From Nanobdellati archaeon (lineage in GTDB: Archaea; EX4484-52; GLR71), in NCBI GenBank assembly GCA_019429005.1, contig JAHYJR010000008.1, positions 1 to 39,100 on the forward strand: a stretch of DNA of 39,100 nucleotides. The letters run 5' to 3'. This document shows, piece after piece, positions 18,756-27,580 of the stretch. Position 1 is the first letter of the stretch. The number at the start of each line of letters is the position of its first letter. The notes beneath the pieces are model-generated. The model was not told where the DNA came from. It worked only from the letters and a program-made list of their open reading frames with translations, and ran no database searches. The position numbers were made by a program, and so were the translations under genes.

Positions 18756-19936
18756 GATGTTAATTTTACCCATTTTATAACATAACTATCTAATAAATAA
18801 TTTTCAAAATCAGTTTCATTTACAGTTTCAAAATTAGTAATAAAATTAGATACTTCATTATTATCATAATTATAGTCATGCCACACCATAAGATCACCAG
18901 TTTCTGTTATAAATGGTCCAGTACCAGAAAGCCCCGTATTAACAACCGTACCCCCTATAATATTTGCATATAATATAATAGTATCTAATATATCACCATT
19001 TTGATTAAAATCAATACCAAACGTTGTTTCTTTTACAGAAAAAGGCATATTATAATTAAAATTAATAGACTTGTAATCATCTTCAGACATTAAAATACCT
19101 GTAGTACCTGTCAATAAATTATAATATCTTAAAATATAAGATATTAAATAGGTGTCAAGATCAACATCATTTTCAACAACAAGTTCATTTGTTATAAATA
19201 CAATATAATCGTCATATATCCTAGAATTAATACCCTCAAGACCGGTATTTACAAGACGACCTGATGTTATATTATAAAATGCAATAACAGAATCCTCAAA
19301 ATCACCATCATTTGTAATGTCATTATCATACGATTCAAGAAGCTGAAATGTTATAATATCTTTAAAAATAAATGGATTAAAACCTTCAATTACAGGTATA
19401 TCAAGAAACTGTTTAGAGGATATATTATAGATTAATATTACAGAATCCTCTTTATCTGCATCAAGATTAAGATCTTTATTTACTTTAACTTCAAAAGCAT
19501 CAAAAACTATTAAATCCTCATAAATTGAAGGATACATACCCTCAATACCCGTATTGAAAAGTTGTCCAGAGGATATATTATAATATTGTATAATTACATC
19601 ATCAAAATCAAAATCATTATTTAAATCTTCAATAGACATTTCTTCAACAGTCATAAAAACAATGATATCACCATATGCTTTTGGCATAATACCCTTAATA
19701 TCTGTTGATACACCTTTCAAATTAGCTTTATTATATATTATATCTTCTGGAAGCCAACTACCATTATCTTCAATAATTGGAATATTTTCAAAATCAGACA
19801 TTAAGTCAAAAAAAGGATCATTATCAATACTTGAATTTTGAGGTGTCCATAAATATACAAATATTAAAAAAACAAATAAAATCAATAGTATTTTATTAAA
19901 AACAGTTAATTTATACTTTTGAGATATCATATCCAT
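18752..19936 (-). CDS. Membrane-anchored repeat protein, paralogue of 14788-15996
   Basis: Shares GIEGMYPSIY, GFNP, NTGIEG and DxNxDGD repeats. Confidence 0.78.
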   Translation of the reverse strand: MDMISQKYKLTVFNKILLILFVFLIFVYLWTPQNSSIDNDPFFDLMSDFENIPIIEDNGSWLPEDIIYNKANLKGVSTDIKGIMPKAYGDIIVFMTVEEMSIEDLNNDFDFDDVIIQYYNISSGQLFNTGIEGMYPSIYEDLIVFDAFEVKVNKDLNLDADKEDSVILIYNISSKQFLDIPVIEGFNPFIFKDIITFQLLESYDNDITNDGDFEDSVIAFYNITSGRLVNTGLEGINSRIYDDYIVFITNELVVENDVDLDTYLISYILRYYNLLTGTTGILMSEDDYKSINFNYNMPFSVKETTFGIDFNQNGDILDTIILYANIIGGTVVNTGLSGTGPFITETGDLMVWHDYNYDNNEVSNFITNFETVNETDFENYLLDSYVIKWVKLTS

Positions 19937-20020
19937 ATTAATTAATTGCTTTTAATAATATAAAAAGCTATCAAAAAACTTCAATAATTATAAAAGCAAT
20001 TAAAACTAAATACAAAGATA

Positions 20021-21310
20021 ATGATAACTTCCACAATTAAACAAAAAAACAAAAAAAAAGGCTTAACTCCTGCAATTATCGCAATCATGGGTTTCGGACT
20101 AATTCTTACAACATTTGGTATATTTTCATTTATAAAATCAACACAATTAGGTGGCGAATTTATGGAAAATTTAATGGGTTATCAAAATCAAAAATGCGTT
20201 GAATCATACACAAACCCAAAATATACAGAAGACAAAAATGATATGTATGATAAAGCAATAACAAGAGAAACCGCAAAAATGTTATGTGAAATGGAAGCTA
20301 AAAAAACTGATGGTTGGTTAAGATGTTCCTTTGACTGGAATCAAGTTAAAGACAAAATGGTTGGAAACACTCTATATACCGGATTGACTTGCATGGCCAT
20401 ATCTGGAGATAGTAATAATGTTATATGCACAGGTGCTGCTTCTGCATTTTTAGCAGCCGGTGATATATTTAGCACAGCGATAAACACAAAATGCACAACA
20501 ACCGAAGATACATATGCAGGTATAAGGGGTAGTGATGGTTATAAACGAGCAATATTAGTCAAAATCATCGCCGAAGAAGGCGTAGAGACTGTTGGTATCT
20601 TAACTTTAGGTTCTGCAATTAAAGGTGCAATTGATATCACTGAAGCCACACAAGCAAGCAGAAATCTTGCAACAATGTCTGCAGATGATATTGCAACGAA
20701 AGTGACAAGACTAAATTATAAACAATATGTCACAGCAACTGCATATCAATTAAATGGAATAAGAAATGAAATAAAAGCACTAACACTTAAAATAGCTCAA
20801 CAAGAAGCTCTTGTAGGCAAAATGCTTTATGAGGGTTCTTATAGTGCTACACAATTAACAGATGCAAAACTATTATTATCGAGCCACAGAACAGAATATA
20901 AACGATTATTACAGATAAACAGCGAATATTGGAAACAATTTGAAAGACTTAGTAAAATATTACCTACAGGAAATATCGGATCAGTACGAAAAGTAGCAAC
21001 AAACACATTAAGAACTCTTGAAAATACTCAAAATTTAAAAACAGCATACCAAGCCATAGATCTTGCAGCATCTACAACAAATTTTATTGATTCTGTAAAA
21101 AAGGCAGGACCAGCTACTAATTTTTTACGATTCGGAATACCTGCATTAGGTGCTTTAAGTTCCGGTGTTGTAATTGCAGCTGTTGCAAATCCGGGATTAC
21201 TACCAGATCATCTTGAAACAGCATTAAGTTCGGTAAATCCCTTTGAATCAAAATTAAGACTTTTTGATTACGCTTACGATATGGTTCACATTATAAGATC
21301 AGGAGATTAA
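20021..21310 (+). CDS. Large helical pilin-like protein with coiled coil and hydrophobic C-terminal segment
   Basis: KKKG/LTPAI plus helix, 6 Cys, heptad stretch LNGIRNEIKALTLKIAQQE, FGIPALGALSSGVVIAAVA. Confidence 0.75.
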   Translation: MITSTIKQKNKKKGLTPAIIAIMGFGLILTTFGIFSFIKSTQLGGEFMENLMGYQNQKCVESYTNPKYTEDKNDMYDKAITRETAKMLCEMEAKKTDGWLRCSFDWNQVKDKMVGNTLYTGLTCMAISGDSNNVICTGAASAFLAAGDIFSTAINTKCTTTEDTYAGIRGSDGYKRAILVKIIAEEGVETVGILTLGSAIKGAIDITEATQASRNLATMSADDIATKVTRLNYKQYVTATAYQLNGIRNEIKALTLKIAQQEALVGKMLYEGSYSATQLTDAKLLLSSHRTEYKRLLQINSEYWKQFERLSKILPTGNIGSVRKVATNTLRTLENTQNLKTAYQAIDLAASTTNFIDSVKKAGPATNFLRFGIPALGALSSGVVIAAVANPGLLPDHLETALSSVNPFESKLRLFDYAYDMVHIIRSGD

Positions 21311-21312
21311 AA

Positions 21313-21762
21313 ATGACCCAAAAAAAAGGCAGCATGTTCACAATGGAAAACACAGTAATACTCATAATTGCAATCTTATCTGTAGCATTCATAATCAAAG
21401 CTGGCTTCGCATACCAAACAAGACTTTATACACCACCAATGTGTGTTGATACAGATATTGAACCACCTGTGACCTATGACATAGATTCCTGTTGGACTGA
21501 TAATAAAACAGGATTTGATTTAAACTATACTTGTAGTATAAATAGACAAATTATTGAATGTGGTAAAATACTTAGTGATTCGGCTGGAACCTGCACATAC
21601 GGTTCAGGCTGCGATTGTGTTAAAGGGGGTCAGATTTATCCAATCCATTCTTGCAGAGATGTTGCAGGAACAAATTACAGCTGTGAAAGAAGCAGAAGAT
21701 CACCATACCCTGAAATGATTACTTGTTCAGGATTATGTCACGAAACAATAGGATGTGTTTAA
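21313..21762 (+). CDS. Cys-rich pilin-like protein
   Basis: QKKG/SMFTME plus helix; 12 Cys. Confidence 0.82.
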   Translation: MTQKKGSMFTMENTVILIIAILSVAFIIKAGFAYQTRLYTPPMCVDTDIEPPVTYDIDSCWTDNKTGFDLNYTCSINRQIIECGKILSDSAGTCTYGSGCDCVKGGQIYPIHSCRDVAGTNYSCERSRRSPYPEMITCSGLCHETIGCV

Positions 21763-22075
21763 AAAAAAATCTTACCGAAAAGTATTAATTAAAATAAATA
21801 TAATGATTATTATGACACCATTAATATTCTTCTTTGAAAATATTAAATTGAGAGCAATATTATTAAAAACTAGAAAAGGTGATACCGGCTGGGGTATGAA
21901 TCAGATGATGACTATAATTCTTATACTTCTTGTACTTGCTATGGGACTTATGGTTTTTAGTAAAGTCAGTGGACAGACAACAGCATGGGGTTGTGATTTT
22001 TCAAACAGCCTCATAAGTAAAGTCGCCGCACTTGAAGTCTTTGGTATGGATTCTGAAACAACACGGGTTTGTTAA
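21755..22075 (+). CDS. Short pilin-like protein with long leader
   Basis: TRKG/DTGWG plus helix, 2 Cys; start uncertain. Confidence 0.75.
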   Translation: MFKKKSYRKVLIKINIMIIMTPLIFFFENIKLRAILLKTRKGDTGWGMNQMMTIILILLVLAMGLMVFSKVSGQTTAWGCDFSNSLISKVAALEVFGMDSETTRVC

Positions 22076-22272
22076 TTATGCTAATACGACCATTATTATA
22101 CATAATCGCACGCAAACGAAAAGGTTCAATAGAACTAGATAGTGTTTTTAAGATTGTTCTATCTGTAATAATGCTCGCTGGAGTTCTAATATTCTTACTT
22201 GCTATGAAAGGTGGATTTCTTGATGGTAGTGTCGCAAGTATAAACAGCACATTAAATAAAACATTGATATAG
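22069..22272 (+). CDS. Minimal (Flp-sized) pilin-like protein
   Basis: KRKG/SIELD plus helix; ~48 aa mature; start may be ATG 22078. Confidence 0.75.
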   Translation: MLIMLIRPLLYIIARKRKGSIELDSVFKIVLSVIMLAGVLIFLLAMKGGFLDGSVASINSTLNKTLI

Positions 22273-22284
22273 GTAAAACCCATT

Positions 22285-22482
22285 ATGACAAAACAAAAAA
22301 AAGGTGCAATGGAAATAAATACTATGATGAAAATAATCCTTGTCATTTTAGGAATCGGCGTACTTGCAATATTACTTAGTATTATGAACGGAAATCTTCT
22401 AGGAGATAACGGTGTTGTATCCGAACTTGCAAACGCAAGCAACATGACAAATATGATAAACAAAAATAATTGGCAAATTTGA
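22285..22482 (+). CDS. Minimal (Flp-sized) pilin-like protein
   Basis: QKKG/AMEIN plus helix; ~58 aa mature. Confidence 0.78.
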   Translation: MTKQKKGAMEINTMMKIILVILGIGVLAILLSIMNGNLLGDNGVVSELANASNMTNMINKNNWQI

Positions 22483-22494
22483 AACAATTAGTTC

Positions 22495-22899
22495 TTAAAA
22501 ATTATCCTTTATTTTCAACGCAATCCTATGATTCTCTTCTTTTGTCACATCCACATGATGCGTTATATCAAAATCCCTACCATATGCAGGTATAAGATGA
22601 ATATGTACATGCGAAATCATGAAACCCTCAACATAAACACAGGTCCTTAAAGAATCAAGTGTCTTATCCATCGCACCTGCAACCTTAAAACACACATCCA
22701 TAAGTTTTTGATACGCCTTAGAACCCATCTTAAATAGATTATCACCTGGATGTTTTTTTGGAATAACAAGAACATGTCCAAGAGAAACTGGATTTACATC
22801 AAGAAACGCTAAAAAAGTATCATCCTCATAAACTTTTTCAGATGGAATCTCACCAGACACAATTTTACAAAATAGACAATCACTAATATCAAACACCAA
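22495..22899 (-). CDS. HIT family nucleotide hydrolase
   Basis: CLFCKIVSGEIP, AFLDVNP, GHVLVIPKKH, histidine triad HVHIH. Confidence 0.95.
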   Translation of the reverse strand: MVFDISDCLFCKIVSGEIPSEKVYEDDTFLAFLDVNPVSLGHVLVIPKKHPGDNLFKMGSKAYQKLMDVCFKVAGAMDKTLDSLRTCVYVEGFMISHVHIHLIPAYGRDFDITHHVDVTKEENHRIALKIKDNF

Positions 22900-22969
22900 C
22901 TTTATTATATTACAATAGATAAACTATCTATTACAAAATTTACACAACAAACAATAAATATTTTAGGAG

Positions 22970-24181
22970 ATGCTAATGTTTCACAGTATAAGAAACAAAA
23001 ACATATTTCATAATTCATTCTGGATATTAATGTTCATATCCTTGCTTTGGACTATAGGCAATTCAATAATAGAATTTGTATTTCCGACATACCTACAAAG
23101 TATAGGGATCCCCTTCTGGCAAATAGGAATATTATTATCAATAGTATCAATCAGTGGAATGCTTATTGATATGCCGATTGGAAACGTTTCTGATCAATAC
23201 AGCCGGAAAAATATCATGTTTGCTGGACTTGTTATGTCACCAATATTTGTATATTGCATATTCTCTTATACACAAATATCAATACTCATATTCTTTTTCT
23301 TACTATGGGGTATGGCCTTTCAAATATGGAAAGTTCCAAGAGACGTATATCTTGCAGCACTAACAAAAAAGGGCAAACGATCAGAATCATTAGGTATAGA
23401 TCTTGAATTTAGCAATCTAGGATACTTTATTGGGCCCCTGATAGGTGGTATATTATTATCTTATTTTGGAATAATATCTACAATCATATTTTACACAACC
23501 ACTTGTATACTAGCTGCAATTATGGTTATAACACTCCTAAAAACACAGATACATAACAAAAAAACAGGTATTGCTATAGAACAAGAGATGACATTTAAAA
23601 ATACTTATTACAAAGATTTCAAATATATAAAACTTTTAGGATCTAATACATTACTATTATTCATATTCTCAACATTATTTACAACATGGATAGGTGCCCT
23701 TTGGACACTAGTACCATTATTTTATTCAATATCAGGCTTCAATCCAGCATACGGTGGTATGTTAATTTCATTTTTTTATTTACCTTCAATATTCTTAGGA
23801 TTTCCATTCGGTAAACTTGCAGATAAAATAGGGAAAACAAAAATACTGGCTGCGGGATTAATTGTTACAAGTATAGGACTTATTACATTTTCACAAACAT
23901 TCAGTCTTTCAGGACTTATAATTTCTGCACTCATTATATCAATCGGAACAATCATGGCAACACCATCTTTAAATGGTCTTATTATTGATAAATCGTACAA
24001 CCACACTAAAGGTGAAATTACAGGCATTTGGGATTTCTTTATGGATTTAGGTTTTATAATAGGTCCAATAACAGCAGGATTTTTAGCAGAATTTTACGGA
24101 ATAAGATACGCATTTATGTGTTTCGGAGCACTCTTTTTAATTTCAACAATATTGGTATTATTTATTAAAGAAGAAAAATAA
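22970..24181 (+). CDS. MFS transporter
   Basis: About 12 hydrophobic helices; motif A variants GNVSDQYSRK and GKLADKIGK; GP..GG and GP..AG. Confidence 0.93.
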   Translation: MLMFHSIRNKNIFHNSFWILMFISLLWTIGNSIIEFVFPTYLQSIGIPFWQIGILLSIVSISGMLIDMPIGNVSDQYSRKNIMFAGLVMSPIFVYCIFSYTQISILIFFFLLWGMAFQIWKVPRDVYLAALTKKGKRSESLGIDLEFSNLGYFIGPLIGGILLSYFGIISTIIFYTTTCILAAIMVITLLKTQIHNKKTGIAIEQEMTFKNTYYKDFKYIKLLGSNTLLLFIFSTLFTTWIGALWTLVPLFYSISGFNPAYGGMLISFFYLPSIFLGFPFGKLADKIGKTKILAAGLIVTSIGLITFSQTFSLSGLIISALIISIGTIMATPSLNGLIIDKSYNHTKGEITGIWDFFMDLGFIIGPITAGFLAEFYGIRYAFMCFGALFLISTILVLFIKEEK

Positions 24182-24266
24182 TATTGATTAAATAATATAA
24201 AGGGCTTAAAGAATACAACTAAAAGAAATATGAAATCAAAAAAATAATATAAAAACAATATTAAAT

Positions 24267-24863
24267 TTACCTTTTAACATATCTACCGCGAAGACCAATC
24301 TCTTTAAGTCGCTCCATTACCTCAGATGAATTATTGATTGTCTCAATATAAGATTCTAAAACCAAAGAAAAAGCATCATCAGCAATCTGATAATGTGTAG
24401 ATTCAAAAGCTTCTTTCAATAAATTCAAATCAGTTGCCATATCTTCAACTTTGATTGAATAAAAACCAAGTCCAAAATCAATAAAATAAACTTCATTATC
24501 TGAAAAAATCATATTTGATGTTGTAAGATCACCATGTATAATCTCGGCATTATGAAGTTTTGCTACAGAAATCCCGATTTTTTTGCAAATGTCAGCCATA
24601 TTTTTTGATGTCAATATATTCTTGAGTTTTCCACCCTTTATATGTTCAATCTCAAGCACATATTTCTGTATATCAAACACTTTTGGAACCCGCACTCCCG
24701 CTCTTGCAGCATCTGAAATCAATTTAGCTTCAGCTTTGGTTCGACTTTTCCTGATTGTTTCATCAAGCAATGTTTCTCTATAGCCTTTAGATACACGATC
24801 TTTTACAACAACACCATCTTTACAAGAAATATTCGCCTCTGCGCCGCGTTGTAAAATTTTCAT
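24267..24863 (-). CDS. bud32: KEOPS complex kinase Bud32 (stand-alone)
   Basis: RGAEA, K.R..K.YR, RT..EA, HGDLTTSN, IDFGL, C-terminal RGRY. Confidence 0.95.
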   Translation of the reverse strand: MKILQRGAEANISCKDGVVVKDRVSKGYRETLLDETIRKSRTKAEAKLISDAARAGVRVPKVFDIQKYVLEIEHIKGGKLKNILTSKNMADICKKIGISVAKLHNAEIIHGDLTTSNMIFSDNEVYFIDFGLGFYSIKVEDMATDLNLLKEAFESTHYQIADDAFSLVLESYIETINNSSEVMERLKEIGLRGRYVKR

Positions 24864-25046
24864 AACAATCAACTAATAAAAATAAACAAAAAATGTGAAT
24901 ACCACTATATTTATAGCATATTTATAATCTATTATAATATATTAGATTATTATACCCCATCAATTAGGTATAATACTATTAATTATTAAACAAATAAACT
25001 TTAAATAAATACATAGATATAAGGAAACATCTAAAAGTTGATTTAA

Positions 25047-26225
25047 ATGAAAATAATTAAAGACGCAATCCACGGCGATATATACCTTACAGATTTTGAT
25101 TTAGCTATACTTGATACACCCGAATTCCAAAGACTCCGTCACATAAAACAGCTTGGACTTGCAGATCTTATATACCCTTCAGCGACACACACACGATTCC
25201 AACACAGCTTAGGAACCTTCTATATAACAGCAAAAACCGCTGAATCTCTTGAACTAGATAAAGACACAATAAAAGAGCTTAAAGTGTCAGCATTACTTCA
25301 TGATATCGGACATTTACCATTTTCACACACTTTAGAAAAAACATTAAATCGCTCACAATTTTCAGATCATGTTGATATCAGCCGAGACATCATACTTAAC
25401 AAAATGAGTAAAATACTTGAAGAAAACGGTGTTGACCCTAAAAATGTTGTGAAAAACATTGAAGGAAAAGGTAAATTTGGAAAAATATTTTCATCTGGAG
25501 CCGATGTTGACAAAATGGATTATCTCCTGAGAGATTCATATTTTACAGGTGTAGCATATGGATTATGTGATTTAAGTAGATTATTATCAACATCAATCCT
25601 TGTTGATGACATATTTGCATTCAAACATAAAAGCCTCAGAACAATTGAATCTCTTGTACTTTCACGATTCATGATGTTTTCAGCAGTATATGATCATCCA
25701 GTTAAAAAAGGTGCAGAAAAAATGCTTATGCTTGCTATGGATTCAATGGATAAAAGAAGTCTTAATATAAAAAAACTTATTGAAGGCGACGAAATTGATT
25801 TCTTAAGCATTATGAGACAGCAAGATGGTATTACTAAAGATATGATAAATCGTATAGATAACAGAAATCTTTTCAAAAGAGCAGGTAAAATAACCAAAAA
25901 AGAACTTAAACCCGAACAGCTTGATAAATGTTTTGAAATCAAAAATAATCTAAAAACAATAAGGCGTATAGAAAACGAAATCGCTGAAGCGTTAAAAATA
26001 CCTAAAGGATACATATTAATAGACATATTAAGAAAACCAAAAGGTATCGAAAACATAAAGATATACAAAGACAACGAACTTGTAAACCTTAGCGAAGTAT
26101 CCTTATTTTCAAAAAGTTTATTAAATCTTGGTTGGCAAGATTGGCGTGTTTCTTTTTATTGTCCTAACAAATATAAAGAAATAGTAAGCAATAAAGCTAA
26201 AGATATTTTTATATCATTCCTTTAA
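25047..26225 (+). CDS. HD-domain phosphohydrolase (SAMHD1/dNTP triphosphohydrolase-like)
   Basis: D.IHG, FQRLRHIKQLG, HTRFQHSLG, LHDIGHLPFSH, DVDKMDYLLRDS. Confidence 0.92.
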   Translation: MKIIKDAIHGDIYLTDFDLAILDTPEFQRLRHIKQLGLADLIYPSATHTRFQHSLGTFYITAKTAESLELDKDTIKELKVSALLHDIGHLPFSHTLEKTLNRSQFSDHVDISRDIILNKMSKILEENGVDPKNVVKNIEGKGKFGKIFSSGADVDKMDYLLRDSYFTGVAYGLCDLSRLLSTSILVDDIFAFKHKSLRTIESLVLSRFMMFSAVYDHPVKKGAEKMLMLAMDSMDKRSLNIKKLIEGDEIDFLSIMRQQDGITKDMINRIDNRNLFKRAGKITKKELKPEQLDKCFEIKNNLKTIRRIENEIAEALKIPKGYILIDILRKPKGIENIKIYKDNELVNLSEVSLFSKSLLNLGWQDWRVSFYCPNKYKEIVSNKAKDIFISFL

Positions 26226-26280
26226 TTTCCGCAAACAATATAAAAATAACAAACAATTTTATATAAACAAAACAATAAGC

Positions 26281-26353
26281 AGTCCTGTGGTGTAGAGGCC
26301 AATCATTCCGGTCTTTGGAACCGGGTACCCAGGTTCGAATCCTGGCGGGACTA
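26281..26353 (+). tRNA. tRNA-Gln(UUG), no intron, CCA not encoded
   Basis: Acceptor stem AGTCCTG/CGGGACT with the archaeal Gln A1-U72 pair; anticodon arm CCGGT-CTTTGGA-ACCGG; T arm CCAGG-TTCGAAT-CCTGG; T run downstream. Confidence 0.97.
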
Positions 26354-26480
26354 TTTTTCTTTTTTAAAAATAATTTATGACAAATAGCTAAACAAATACA
26401 CAAAAGACTATAAATAAACCAAAAAATTAATTTTAAAACAAAAAGTATTTAAACGAGTCTTAAACACAGAAAAAATATTA

Positions 26481-26512
26481 AAAAATAAAAAAAAGAAAAG
26501 GGTTTAAACCCT
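26481..26512 (-). terminator. Palindrome plus T-tract terminator
   Basis: Perfect 14-bp palindrome AGGGTTTAAACCCT (26499-26512) followed on the - strand by T runs. Confidence 0.55.
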
Positions 26513-26530
26513 CTCCTTAAAGAAACAAAC

Positions 26531-27154
26531 TTATTTCTTTTTCTTTACAACAATATACTCTTTTGAAAGGTCACGCACCGTATCCTTAAGACCAAGACCT
26601 AGAGCAATAGCCATACCCACAGCCACAGATCCTACAATCAGTAATAATATCTGATTAATTAGGATTGGGTTTATTCCAATCAATGGTAATGCTGTTGCAA
26701 TACCAACATATAATACAAGGAAGAAAGTCAAATGACCTGCGATTTTAGTATAAACATCTGTTGTACCAATCACATAATCCTTAATATATATACCGATTCC
26801 ATCTGCTGCAATTATCACAGCGGCTGCACCAACAATTCCTGGTATGAAACCAATTATCTGATTAACAATTCCAGATATTACAGTTACACCAAGTATATTA
26901 GTTGCTTGCTGAATAAATATAAGATATACTACCCATCTTACTATCACAGCTGTAAGTCCACTCACTTCAAATTTGAAATGTTTATGACTTACATATTTAT
27001 CTATTTTTGCTTCTTCTAAAGCTCTTTTAACAACATATCCCAATGTTTTACCTACAACATAACCAATTACCAAAAATACAATTGCGTATATTAGTGCCGG
27101 TACCTTAAGGACAAAACTCTGAGTTAATACTGCTAAAGCATCAACTATCATCAT
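26531..27154 (-). CDS. Conserved TM-helix repeat membrane protein (MscS-associated/CmpX-like)
   Basis: Repeated P.L..A...L..G units and ALGLGLKD C-terminus. Confidence 0.8.
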   Translation of the reverse strand: MMIVDALAVLTQSFVLKVPALIYAIVFLVIGYVVGKTLGYVVKRALEEAKIDKYVSHKHFKFEVSGLTAVIVRWVVYLIFIQQATNILGVTVISGIVNQIIGFIPGIVGAAAVIIAADGIGIYIKDYVIGTTDVYTKIAGHLTFFLVLYVGIATALPLIGINPILINQILLLIVGSVAVGMAIALGLGLKDTVRDLSKEYIVVKKKK

Positions 27155-27190
27155 ACATATATCACCTAAAAGATAATTGATTTTAGAGGT

Positions 27191-27206
27191 TAAATACTTT
27201 TCGGTT
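27191..27206 (-). promoter_or_regulatory. BRE-TATA promoter AACCGAAAAGTATTTA
   Basis: Variant of the 8482/38093 element, ~37 bp upstream of 27154; AGGTGAT ribosome-binding site follows. Confidence 0.6.
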
Positions 27207-27266
27207 TTTCAGAAAATAAAAATAACTATTGTCGATTAATACAATATAAAAAATAAAAAAAAAGAC

Positions 27267-27458
27267 TTAGAAAGCCTTATTTTTTGCAACTTTAACAATA
27301 TAACCAGCAACTCTATTTACAGTTCTTTTACTACTTATAATCTTAAGAGCTTTAAGTGAATTCTTGTTTTTAACAAATTCTGCACCAAAACGAGAACTAT
27401 CTTGTGTAAATAATTCTTCTGCAATTCTTTTTATTCCCGTTTGTCTAATCCTTCCCAT
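27267..27458 (-). CDS. rps17e: 30S ribosomal protein S17e
   Basis: MGRIR...IKR, F...F..NK, SKR..NRVAGYI. Confidence 0.95.
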   Translation of the reverse strand: MGRIRQTGIKRIAEELFTQDSSRFGAEFVKNKNSLKALKIISSKRTVNRVAGYIVKVAKNKAF

Positions 27459-27580
27459 TAATTATACACCATCTTTTTATTAATAATTATTTAGAATAAT
27501 TATATCTATTTAAGATATTAATTTGTTAAGATTATAAACTTATAAAAGTTTGCACAACTGCTATTATTAAAGGTCGTATT

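Noticed and set aside
25047-26225. HD protein as an antiviral dNTPase
   Set aside because: Housekeeping context and a broadly conserved archaeal family; nothing here points to defence.
26281-26353. tRNA as an integration site for an island
   Set aside because: No duplicate of the tRNA 3' end and no integrase noticed.
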